This document shows, piece after piece, positions 15,742-23,911 of a stretch of 48,543 nucleotides of DNA (positions are counted from its first letter, which is position 1; the number at the start of each line of letters is the position of its first letter). The position numbers were made by a program, and so were the translations under genes. The stretch covers positions 1-48,543 of the forward strand of contig JAHJDQ010000182.1 of the NCBI GenBank assembly GCA_018812355.1, in the 5' to 3' direction. Origin of the DNA: Nanobdellota archaeon (GTDB taxonomy: Archaea; Nanobdellota; Nanobdellia; Woesearchaeales; GW2011-AR9). The notes below the pieces were generated by a model that worked only from the letters and a program-made list of their open reading frames with translations, did no database searches and was not told the DNA's origin.

Positions 15742-18312
15742 ATGAATCTAGCCGTGCATAAAAAGATACATCATATTGAATTTCGGGTTTTTTCTCCAAA
15801 ACAAATCCGGGACTTAGCGGCAGCAAAAATTGTTACCCCAGAACTTTATGATCGGGAAGGTTATCCGGTTGACGGTGGTTTGATGGACATTAGACTAGGA
15901 GTGATTGATCCAGGACTAAGATGTAAGACCTGTGGTGGAAAATTAAAAGAATGTCCTGGTCACTTTGGCTATATTGAACTTGCCCGTCCGGCAATTCATG
16001 TTAAGTATGTTCGACCGATTTTAGACTTATTGAAATCAACCTGTAAATTTTGTTCCCGAGTTTTAATTCCGGAAGAAAAAATTAAACGTTACCTTGCCCT
16101 TTCCGAAAAAGTTGGTGAGGAAGAAGGGTTTGAAGCACGAAGGCGACATATTAAAGAAATTGTTAAGAAATACAAACTTAAGGAAAAATGCCCACACTGT
16201 CAGGCTAAACAAGAAAAAATTAAAATTGAAAAACCTTATAATTACTACGAGGGTGATATTCGTTTAAGTTCAATTGAAGTCAGAGCAAGATTAGAAAAAA
16301 TTTCTGATGATGATTTAACCATTTTCGGATTTGCTCCTGGGTTAAGACCAGAGTGGATGATCATTACAGTTTTAGCAATTCCTCCTGTCACGATGCGTCC
16401 GAGCATTACTTTAGAATCGGGAGAACGATCTGAGGACGATCTTACTCACAAATTGGGCGATATTGTTAGAATTAATCAAAGACTATTCGAAAACATTAAT
16501 GCTGGTGCACCGGAAGTTATTATTGAAGATTTATGGGATTTGTTACAATATCATGTAACTACATTTATTGATAATGAAATTGCCCAACTTCCTCCTGCTC
16601 GACATCGAGGCGGCCAAGTTTTGAAAACTTTAACTAATCGGATTAAAAGTAAGGAAGGTCGGATTAGATATAATTTGGCTGGTAAGAGAACCGACTTTTC
16701 TTCTAGAACAGTAATTAGTCCTGACCCGATGATTAAACTTAATGAAGTAGGAGTACCCTTAAAAATTGCTACCAATCTTACTGTTCCAGAACGTGTTACG
16801 GAATGGAACTTAGCCTATCTTAAAAGATTTATTGACAATGGTCCAAAGAAATATCCTGGAGCTAATTATGTCCTTAAACCGGATGGAAAAAAGAAAACAA
16901 TCACTTCAGAAACAAAAGAAGAAATTATGTCCGAGTTAGAGCCTGGCTATGTTGTTGAGAGGCATTTGATTGACGGCGATGTTGCTTTGTTTAACCGGCA
17001 ACCATCTCTTCACAGAATGAGTATGATGTGTCATTTAGTAAAAGTCTTGCCTGGAAAAACGTTCCGTTTAAATCCAGCAGTTTGTAATCCTTATAACGCT
17101 GACTTTGACGGAGATGAAATGAACTTACACGTTCCTCAAACTGAAGAATCTCGTGCTGAAGCAAAAATATTAATGTTAGTTGAAACGCAAATTATTAGTC
17201 CTCGTTATGGTCTTAGTGTCGTTGGTTGTATCCATGACGCAATCACTGGAAATTATTTGTTAACTAAAGAATTAGTTCTTTCTCGGGGAGAAGCAATTGA
17301 TTTACTTTACAGTTGTGGAGTTGATGATTTGTCAAATCTACCAAATAAAGATAAAATTGATGGTAAAGAACTGTTCTCAGTTCTTTTACCGACAGACTTT
17401 AATTTTATTGGTAAAGATAAATCAGGTAATGAAGTTAAGATTGTTAATGGAAAGCTAAAGACTGGTTTGATGGACAAATCTAATCTCGGACAAGAATCAG
17501 GACTGATGTTTAGAAACATTTACGAGAAATACGGACCTTCTCATACTAGTGAATTATTAGGAAAAATTTCTAAATTGGGCATTGCTGTTTTAGCAAGAAG
17601 AGGTTTCTCCATTGGAATTGCTGATTTGGATTTAAGTGAAGAAGCAAACCAAAATGTTCGTGAAATTATTAAGAATGCTGAAGATAGAGCTTTTACTTTA
17701 ATTGAAAAATATTATGCGGGTAAATTAGAAAGTCTGCCGGGAAGATCAGTTCAGGAAACCTTAGAATTAAGAGTACTTGAGGCTTTAAATAAAGCTCGTA
17801 ATAAAAGTGGAGATGTTGCTTTAAGACAAGTTAAAGACTCTACTGCTTTAGTTATGGCCAAATGTGGTTCTCGAGGTAATCCATTACAGATTGCCCAAAT
17901 GGCCGCATTAGTAGGTCAGCAAGCTTTACGTGGAAAAAGAATCGAGAAGGGTTTCCAAGATCGTACCCTTTCTTATTTCAAAGCTAATGATATTAGTCCA
18001 CAAGCACGTGGTTTCATTAAAAATAATTTTAAGAGCGGTCTTACTCCTGCTGAATTTTTCTTTGGCGCAATGACTGGAAGAGACGCTTTAATGGATACAG
18101 CTTTAAGAACTCCTAAATCTGGTTATCTCTATCGAAGATTATCTAATGCCATGCAAGACTTAAAGGTTGAGTATGACGGTTCCGTTAGGGATGCAAGTGG
18201 AAAAGTTGTTCAGTTTGCTTACGGAGAAGATCATTTAGATGTCGCGAGAACAAAAAATGGCTTTATTGACGTTCCAAGGATTGTTCGTCAAGTGATTGAG
18301 GGTACACGATGA
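15742..18312 (+). CDS. rpoA1: DNA-directed RNA polymerase subunit A'
   Basis: CKTCGGKLKECPGHFGYIEL, catalytic NADFDGDEMNLHVPQ, bridge-helix region GLTPAEFFFGAMTGRDALMDTALRT. Confidence 0.95.
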   Translation: MNLAVHKKIHHIEFRVFSPKQIRDLAAAKIVTPELYDREGYPVDGGLMDIRLGVIDPGLRCKTCGGKLKECPGHFGYIELARPAIHVKYVRPILDLLKSTCKFCSRVLIPEEKIKRYLALSEKVGEEEGFEARRRHIKEIVKKYKLKEKCPHCQAKQEKIKIEKPYNYYEGDIRLSSIEVRARLEKISDDDLTIFGFAPGLRPEWMIITVLAIPPVTMRPSITLESGERSEDDLTHKLGDIVRINQRLFENINAGAPEVIIEDLWDLLQYHVTTFIDNEIAQLPPARHRGGQVLKTLTNRIKSKEGRIRYNLAGKRTDFSSRTVISPDPMIKLNEVGVPLKIATNLTVPERVTEWNLAYLKRFIDNGPKKYPGANYVLKPDGKKKTITSETKEEIMSELEPGYVVERHLIDGDVALFNRQPSLHRMSMMCHLVKVLPGKTFRLNPAVCNPYNADFDGDEMNLHVPQTEESRAEAKILMLVETQIISPRYGLSVVGCIHDAITGNYLLTKELVLSRGEAIDLLYSCGVDDLSNLPNKDKIDGKELFSVLLPTDFNFIGKDKSGNEVKIVNGKLKTGLMDKSNLGQESGLMFRNIYEKYGPSHTSELLGKISKLGIAVLARRGFSIGIADLDLSEEANQNVREIIKNAEDRAFTLIEKYYAGKLESLPGRSVQETLELRVLEALNKARNKSGDVALRQVKDSTALVMAKCGSRGNPLQIAQMAALVGQQALRGKRIEKGFQDRTLSYFKANDISPQARGFIKNNFKSGLTPAEFFFGAMTGRDALMDTALRTPKSGYLYRRLSNAMQDLKVEYDGSVRDASGKVVQFAYGEDHLDVARTKNGFIDVPRIVRQVIEGTR

Positions 18313-18419
18313 AAATTGAGGAAACAATTTTCAAGCATATCAAAAATCAAAGATTTTTGGGATGTCCCGAAAAATCAAAAGTATTTTCGATACATTTCAC
18401 CAGAGGTGAAACACGATGA
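18309..18419 (+). CDS. Candidate 36-codon micro-ORF between rpoA' and rpoA''
   Basis: My translation is MKIEETIFKHIKNQRFLGCPEKSKVFSIHFTRGETR. Its ATG overlaps the rpoA' stop (ATGA, 18309-18312), and its TGA overlaps the rpoA'' start (ATGA, 18416-18419). No homology assessment was possible. Confidence 0.3.
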   Translation: MKIEETIFKHIKNQRFLGCPEKSKVFSIHFTRGETR

Positions 18420-19555
18420 AACACGAAGACTTATTAAAAAAATATGAAGATCAATTACCTCCGCTTGTCTTAGATCAAATTAAAAAAGAAATTCCCGCAA
18501 CTATCTCTAAAGAGAAAATACAAGACATTCTCGAAACTACTCTAACCTTATACAACAATACAAAAGTTGATGCTGGTGAATGTGTTGGGTTGGTTAGTGC
18601 TGAAAGTATTGGTGAACCTGGAACACAAATGACCTTAAATACATTCCACTTTGCTGGAGTTGCTGAGATGAACGTTACTACAGGATTACCGAGGATTATT
18701 GAAATTTTTGATGCTCGTAAAACAATTAAAACACCTAACATGGAAATTTTTCTCACTAGCAAATATAACCAAGACATTGAGAAAGTACGTCAATTCGCAA
18801 CGAGAATTAAAGAAACAATTTTTGGTGATTTAGTTGAGGAGTATACTTTAAACATCTTTGAACAAAAATTAAAGGTCAAACTAAACAAAATTTTAGTGGA
18901 AGATTTTGGTTTTACAATTAAAGATTTGGTTCAGAAAATCAAAACAAAAACGAAAGGTTTCACAATTGAAACAAATGAAGATGAAATCATTTTTATTCAA
19001 AAGGGTAAAGCCGAAGAAATTAAAGAGTTGTACAATCTTAAAGAAAAAATTAGGACAGTAAAAGTGAAAGGCCTGAAGGGAATTGATCAAGTTTTACCAG
19101 TAAAAAGAGGCGATGAATATATGGTACTTACTTCTGGAACGAATTTGAAGGGTATTCTTGAATTTGAAGAAGTTGATAAAACTAGAACCTTCGGAAATGA
19201 CATTTATGAAATTAGAACTATTTTAGGAGTTGAAGCAGCTCGGCAAGCGATCATTAACGAAGTTTACCGAGTGATTGAATCTCAAGGATTAAATATTAAC
19301 ATTCGCCACATTATGCTTGTTGCTGATATTATGTGCGCCACTGGCGGAATTAAAGGGATCACTCGTTATGGAGTTGTCAGTGAGAAAGCCTCAGTCTTAG
19401 CCCGGGCTAGTTTCGAAACTCCAATTAGACATTTAATTAACGCTGCTCTGGAAGGAGAAGTTGACTATCTTAACTCTGTTGTTGAGAATGTTATGATTAA
19501 CCAGCCCGTTCCTTTAGGAACAGGCTTACCAGGACTAGTCACAAAAATGAAGTAG
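18416..19555 (+). CDS. rpoA2: DNA-directed RNA polymerase subunit A''
   Basis: GECVGLVSAESIGEPGTQMTLNTFHFAGV (trigger loop) and C-terminal RHIMLVADIMC...GITRYG...SVLARASFE. Confidence 0.95.
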   Translation: MKHEDLLKKYEDQLPPLVLDQIKKEIPATISKEKIQDILETTLTLYNNTKVDAGECVGLVSAESIGEPGTQMTLNTFHFAGVAEMNVTTGLPRIIEIFDARKTIKTPNMEIFLTSKYNQDIEKVRQFATRIKETIFGDLVEEYTLNIFEQKLKVKLNKILVEDFGFTIKDLVQKIKTKTKGFTIETNEDEIIFIQKGKAEEIKELYNLKEKIRTVKVKGLKGIDQVLPVKRGDEYMVLTSGTNLKGILEFEEVDKTRTFGNDIYEIRTILGVEAARQAIINEVYRVIESQGLNINIRHIMLVADIMCATGGIKGITRYGVVSEKASVLARASFETPIRHLINAALEGEVDYLNSVVENVMINQPVPLGTGLPGLVTKMK

Positions 19556-19565
19556 GGTAAAAAAA

Positions 19566-19847
19566 ATGAGTAAGAAAAAAGAAATTAAAGAAGATATTAA
19601 AGAATTGAAAGCTAAAATAATTGCTGGAAAAGGCATTATTGGCACTGATCGGGTTATCAAAGCTTTGCTAGCGAACAAGCTAAGTACTGTTTATTTGTCT
19701 AGTAATTGTCCTGAACAAAAGAGTGAAGAAATTTTCTCCAAAGCAAAATTGGCTGATGTTCTAGTAATCAAGTTAGAATTAAGTAATGAAGAGTTAGGTA
19801 TTCTCTGTAAGAAAAACTTTTTCGTTTCAGTCGTAGGAACAATCTAA
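19566..19847 (+). CDS. rpl30e: 50S ribosomal protein L30e
   Basis: GKGIIGTDRVIKALLANKLSTVYLSSNCP matches the L30e/L7Ae-fold family. It occupies the conserved position after rpoA''. Confidence 0.85.
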   Translation: MSKKKEIKEDIKELKAKIIAGKGIIGTDRVIKALLANKLSTVYLSSNCPEQKSEEIFSKAKLADVLVIKLELSNEELGILCKKNFFVSVVGTI

Positions 19848-19848
19848 A

Positions 19849-20265
19849 TTGGCACGTCTAAAACTTGATCAGCAACTGCTAGGGATTTCTACTATCATGG
19901 AAAGGTTAAGCCGTGCTCGAGTCAAAGATTGTTTTAAATTTGAGGAAATAATTTATTTTGTTGTTGCTACCGGAGATATGGGTAAGGCTGTCGGTAAGGG
20001 CGGCGAAACCATAAAGAGAGTTCAACAACAGTTAGGGAAGAAAATTAGAGTAATCGAATTTCAGGATGATCTCACCCGTTTTATTCAAAATGTTATTTAT
20101 CCGCTAAAAGTTGAAGAAATCATTGAAGAAGATGGAGTTGTTTTTCTTAAAGATAGCAGTAAAAAAACAAAAAGTTTATTAATAGGCAGGGACGGAAAGA
20201 ACCTAACTTTACTTAATCGGGCCATAAAACGGTTCTTTAGCATCAAAGATGTCAAAGTCATTTGA
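19849..20265 (+). CDS. nusA: Archaeal NusA-like KH-domain transcription termination/antitermination protein
   Basis: ARLKLDQQLLGISTIMERLSRARVKDCF and GKAVGKGGETIKRVQQQLGKKIRVIE (KH GxxG). A TTG start 1 nt after the rpl30e stop is needed to retain the conserved N-terminus. Confidence 0.8.
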   Translation: MARLKLDQQLLGISTIMERLSRARVKDCFKFEEIIYFVVATGDMGKAVGKGGETIKRVQQQLGKKIRVIEFQDDLTRFIQNVIYPLKVEEIIEEDGVVFLKDSSKKTKSLLIGRDGKNLTLLNRAIKRFFSIKDVKVI

Positions 20266-20327
20266 CATCTGGGACACCAAAAATGGTTTAGCATTTTTTA
20301 GTGTTAAAGATGTAAAAGTTGTCTAAA

Positions 20328-20747
20328 ATGTCCAATAAATCACGAGGATTAGGAGCAGCCAAGAAGCTGAAAAAAAGAAGGAAGAACTTCAAGTTAGTTA
20401 GTAGAACAGTGATGAAAAAGAAAGTCGATCCGTTAGCAGGAAGTTCTCAAGCTAAAGGGATTGTTTTAGAAAAAATTCAAATTGAAGCTAAACAGCCAAA
20501 CTCAGCCATGCGTAAATGTGCTCGGGTCCAATTAGTTAAAAACGGTAAACAAATCACTGCTTTTATGCCTGGTGACGGTGCTCAGAAACTTATTAATGAA
20601 CACGATGAAGTAATTATTGAATGTATTGGTGGAAAGATGGGAAGAGCGAAAGGGGACATTCCTGGAGTAAGATGGCAAGTTGTTAAAGTTAACGATCAAA
20701 GTTTAAGTGCCTTATTAGGCGGTAAATTGGAGAAAGCGAGAAGGTAA
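20328..20747 (+). CDS. rps12: 30S ribosomal protein S12 (uS12)
   Basis: [29 protein letters not shown] is conserved uS12. ATG 20328 is preferred over the track's TTG 20319 because it gives the usual N-terminal length. Confidence 0.9.
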   Translation: MSNKSRGLGAAKKLKKRRKNFKLVSRTVMKKKVDPLAGSSQAKGIVLEKIQIEAKQPNSAMRKCARVQLVKNGKQITAFMPGDGAQKLINEHDEVIIECIGGKMGRAKGDIPGVRWQVVKVNDQSLSALLGGKLEKARR

Positions 20748-20755
20748 TTCTAAGG

Positions 20756-20886
20756 GGTAATGTCAAGTTAACTGTGTTAGCAAAAGCACTACCGCCAAAG
20801 GAGGCGCATTTTGTGAATGAAATGAACAAAATCTAAGGCGCCGTGCGTAGTGCTTTTGACAATTACTCACATAACTTGACATTACC
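20756..20886. mobile_element. MITE-like element, copy 1 (131 bp)
   Basis: Perfect 15-bp terminal inverted repeats GGTAATGTCAAGTTA (20756-20770) and TAACTTGACATTACC (20872-20886). They are flanked by an identical 9-bp direct repeat ATTCTAAGG (20747-20755 and 20887-20895). The interior is largely self-complementary. Confidence 0.8.
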
Positions 20887-20931
20887 ATTCTAAGGAAATC
20901 TTTTTATACTATAATTATATCTCTAAACTAG

Positions 20932-21525
20932 ATGATTAGTTACGGACAGGCATGGGGAGTACTCAAACCATTGGTGTTATTCATTTTTGGAATGACCATT
21001 TATGCAATATTTATTTTCAAATTCTATCTCTTTGTCGCTCGTAGAGATATTTTCAAATTAAACTTGAAACAATATAACCGTGCTAATCATTCTGGATTAA
21101 AAAAGCTTGTAGCCGCATTTTTATACATTGTTGAATATGTCTTGCTTTTTCCATTATTTATATTTATTTGGTTTTTAGTAATCACTATTTTGTTAACATT
21201 TTTATCTCGGGGACAAACTGGAACGGATCTCTTACTAGTATCAATAGCTTTAGTTGCTACAGTCAGAATTACAGCATATTATAATGAGGATTTATCTAAA
21301 GATTTAGCTAAAATGCTTCCTTTTGCTCTATTAGGTATCTTTTTAGTTGATATCTCATTTTTTTCGTTTAGTAATTCATTTAATTTATTAAAAGAAATTC
21401 CACCACATTGGGAAAGTATCATTTATTATTTAGTTTTTGTGATTGCTTTAGAGTTTATCTTAAGATTGATTCACGGTTTTGTGAGTATTTTTAAGAAAGA
21501 CAACAAAGAAGAAAAAAACAAGTAA
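20932..21525 (+). CDS. Hypothetical multi-pass membrane protein
   Basis: 197 aa with about 5 hydrophobic segments. TATA-like TTTTTATACT (20901-20910) is centred 27 nt upstream of the ATG. It lies between rps12 and rps7. Confidence 0.6.
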   Translation: MISYGQAWGVLKPLVLFIFGMTIYAIFIFKFYLFVARRDIFKLNLKQYNRANHSGLKKLVAAFLYIVEYVLLFPLFIFIWFLVITILLTFLSRGQTGTDLLLVSIALVATVRITAYYNEDLSKDLAKMLPFALLGIFLVDISFFSFSNSFNLLKEIPPHWESIIYYLVFVIALEFILRLIHGFVSIFKKDNKEEKNK

Positions 21526-21561
21526 TCGTAGTAAAATAGGGGAAAAAAGTAAGAAAACTAG

Positions 21562-21701
21562 GGTGCTGTCAGATACAATGGCATGGCAGCGAGTCATAAT
21601 TGTATATTTAAAATAAATAACGCAATCTGAGCAGACGACGCAATCACTTCTTTAAATTTATCCAGACTCTAGGTGGCCATGCCAATTAACTTGACATTAC
21701 C
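21562..21701. mobile_element. MITE-like element, copy 2 (140 bp)
   Basis: The right end TAACTTGACATTACC is identical to copy 1. The left end GGTGCTGTCAGATACAATGGCATGGC matches the inverted right end at 19 of 26 positions. It is flanked by an identical 9-bp direct repeat GAAAACTAG (21553-21561 and 21702-21710). Confidence 0.75.
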
Positions 21702-21715
21702 GAAAACTAGAAAGA

Positions 21716-21725
21716 TTTAAATATA
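21716..21725 (+). promoter_or_regulatory. TATA box for leaderless rps7
   Basis: TTTAAATATA is centred about 27 nt upstream of ATG 21748. Confidence 0.45.
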
Positions 21726-21747
21726 AACCAGCAGAATTCTATTAAAT

Positions 21748-22344
21748 ATGGAAATAAAATGTTTTAATCGTTGGAGTGCTGATCAAGTTAAAGTAGAAGA
21801 TCCAGGATTGATTAATTATATCACTCTTGAACCAAAAATTCTGCCTAAAACCGGAGCAAGATATGCTGGGAACAGATTCCATAAATCTAATGTTTTTATT
21901 GTGGAAAGACTTGCTACTAAAATGATGAACTCTGGTCATAAAAGTAAGAAACATTTCATGAGCAGTGGTCATAACACTGGTAAGAAAAATAATGCTTTAA
22001 AGATTATTGAAAAAGCTTTAGCGAAGGCCGAAATGCAGTTAAAACAAAATCCTATCGCCATTTTGGTAAAAGCAATTGAGAATGCTGCTCCTCGTGAAGA
22101 AGTTATCGCGATTGAGTATGGTGGAGCAAGATATCCTAAAGCAGTTGAAGTCGCTCCGCAACGTAGAGTAGACTTAGCCTTAAGATACATTACTCAGGGC
22201 GCTTATGCCAAGTGTTTTAATAAGAAAAAAAAGATTGAAGATGCTTTAGCTGAAGAGATTGTTGCTGCGGCTCAGTCTTTAGGAAAGAGTAATGCTATCT
22301 CTAAGAAACGTGATTTAGAACGACAAGCATCTAGTAGTAAGTAG
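21748..22344 (+). CDS. rps7: 30S ribosomal protein S7 (uS7)
   Basis: NVFIVERLATKMM...KIIEKAL...NPIAILVKAIENAAPREEV...GGARYPKAVEVAPQRRVDLALRYI is typical archaeal uS7. Confidence 0.9.
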   Translation: MEIKCFNRWSADQVKVEDPGLINYITLEPKILPKTGARYAGNRFHKSNVFIVERLATKMMNSGHKSKKHFMSSGHNTGKKNNALKIIEKALAKAEMQLKQNPIAILVKAIENAAPREEVIAIEYGGARYPKAVEVAPQRRVDLALRYITQGAYAKCFNKKKKIEDALAEEIVAAAQSLGKSNAISKKRDLERQASSSK

Positions 22345-22453
22345 AGTTTTGTTTTCATGCGTATTTTTGATCTTTTCTTCGAGTAAAATAAGATCTTCTA
22401 AGAGCAGAATATTCAGAAAAGTTTATTAAACTGGCTGGATTTATTTTATATAA

Positions 22454-23491
22454 ATGGTCGATGTTAAAAAGGAGGGAGTTATTTTAAAACCAACTCAGTT
22501 GGCTTTTGAAAGTAAAGGCGTCTTTAACCCAGCTTGTATTCGAGAAGGTAAGTATGTCCACATGTTCTATCGAGCTTGGGATAAAAATGAGCGTTCGACG
22601 ATTGGCTATTGTAAACTTGAAGGTCCGTTAAAAGTCATTGAAAGAGCTAAGAAACCTTTTCTTTATTCAGAAGCAAGCTATGAATATAACTTAGAAGATC
22701 CCCGGATAGTTTGTCTTAATGGAACTTATTACATGACTTACATTGCTTATGATGGCAAAAACGTACGCATTGCTTACGCTACCAGTAAAGATCTGAAGAA
22801 ATTCAAAAAACATAAACCTATTTCTGCAGAAATAACTTATGATGCGGCAGAGGACCTATTCCGGGCTTGTAGTAAACAATTGAAGGAAAGATATTTCCTT
22901 TTCGAATCCTACTTTAAAGAAGAGGGAGGGAAAGATGTACTGCTCTGGGATAAAGATGCTTTTCTATTCCCAAAAAAAATAAAAGGAAAATTTGCTTTAA
23001 TCCACCGTATTCTTCCAGACATCCAGATTGCTTATTTTAACAGTTTTAAAGAATTAAATTTAAAATATTGGAAAAAATATTTACATGAGTTATCAAAGCA
23101 TGTTGTTTTAGAGTCTCGGCATTGGTACGAATCCAGAAACGTTGGTGGTGGATGTCCACCGATTGAAACTAAGCATGGCTGGCTTTTAATTTATCATGCT
23201 GTCGATGATATGGACAAGGGCAAGACTTATCGAGCCAGTGCCGCTTTACTAGATAAGAATAATCCTCAGAAAGTGCTTGCTCACCTTCACGAACCATTAT
23301 TTTCACCAGACAAAGTTTATGAAAAGAAAGGTAATATCCCTAATGTTGTCTTTCCTACGGGAGCAGTTGTTTTTGATGAAAGGTTATACATTTATTATGG
23401 GGCTGCCGATACGAGTATTGCGGTAGCTTCTTTAAATCTTCAAGAATTGTTAGATGAATTACTTAATAATCCAAAAAACAGAGGTGCATAG
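22454..23491 (+). CDS. GH130-family glycoside phosphorylase/hydrolase (formerly DUF377, PH1107-related glycosidase)
   Basis: GVFNPACIREGKYVHMFYRAW...STIGYC, LEDPRIVCLNGTYYMTYIAYDG, and YYGAADTSIAVAS at the C-terminus. Confidence 0.75.
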   Translation: MVDVKKEGVILKPTQLAFESKGVFNPACIREGKYVHMFYRAWDKNERSTIGYCKLEGPLKVIERAKKPFLYSEASYEYNLEDPRIVCLNGTYYMTYIAYDGKNVRIAYATSKDLKKFKKHKPISAEITYDAAEDLFRACSKQLKERYFLFESYFKEEGGKDVLLWDKDAFLFPKKIKGKFALIHRILPDIQIAYFNSFKELNLKYWKKYLHELSKHVVLESRHWYESRNVGGGCPPIETKHGWLLIYHAVDDMDKGKTYRASAALLDKNNPQKVLAHLHEPLFSPDKVYEKKGNIPNVVFPTGAVVFDERLYIYYGAADTSIAVASLNLQELLDELLNNPKNRGA

Positions 23492-23497
23492 TAACAA

Positions 23498-23851
23498 ATG
23501 AAACAATTTACAATCAAAAAACCATGGGGATTATTTCTGGAGTTTACACTGAATGAAAAAAGTACAGTAAAAATCTTAGAAATAGCACCGCAAGAAATGC
23601 TTTCTCTACAAAGTCATCGAAAAAGAGCGGAGTTTTGGTATGTGTTGGAAGGCAGTCCAACAATCGTTCTTAATACTAAAACAAAAAAATATCAACCGGG
23701 AGAGACGATTAAAGTTAAAACTGGGATGAAGCATAGAATCATCAACAAGACAGGCAAAAGAGTAAGAATTTTGGAAATAGCCACGGGAAATTTTGATGAA
23801 AATGATATTATCCGTTATCAAGACAAATATCAACGAATAAAAAATAAATAA
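23498..23851 (+). CDS. Cupin-domain protein (mannose-6-phosphate isomerase type II C-terminal-like)
   Basis: KPWG...LSLQSHRKRAEFWYVLEG...GMKHRIIN matches the cupin_2/PMI type II pattern. Confidence 0.7.
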   Translation: MKQFTIKKPWGLFLEFTLNEKSTVKILEIAPQEMLSLQSHRKRAEFWYVLEGSPTIVLNTKTKKYQPGETIKVKTGMKHRIINKTGKRVRILEIATGNFDENDIIRYQDKYQRIKNK

Positions 23852-23911
23852 AATTATCATTATTAAAAAATAGCGCTTTTTTAAACCAAGTGCGAAAAGA
23901 GGGGTAAATTA

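Noticed and set aside
20756-21701. MITE - membrane-protein gene - MITE read as a composite transposon that carried the gene into the rps12-rps7 junction.
   Set aside because: Each MITE has its own matching 9-bp target duplication (ATTCTAAGG and GAAAACTAG). These are two independent insertions, not one composite unit with a single outer duplication. The origin of the membrane gene itself remains open.
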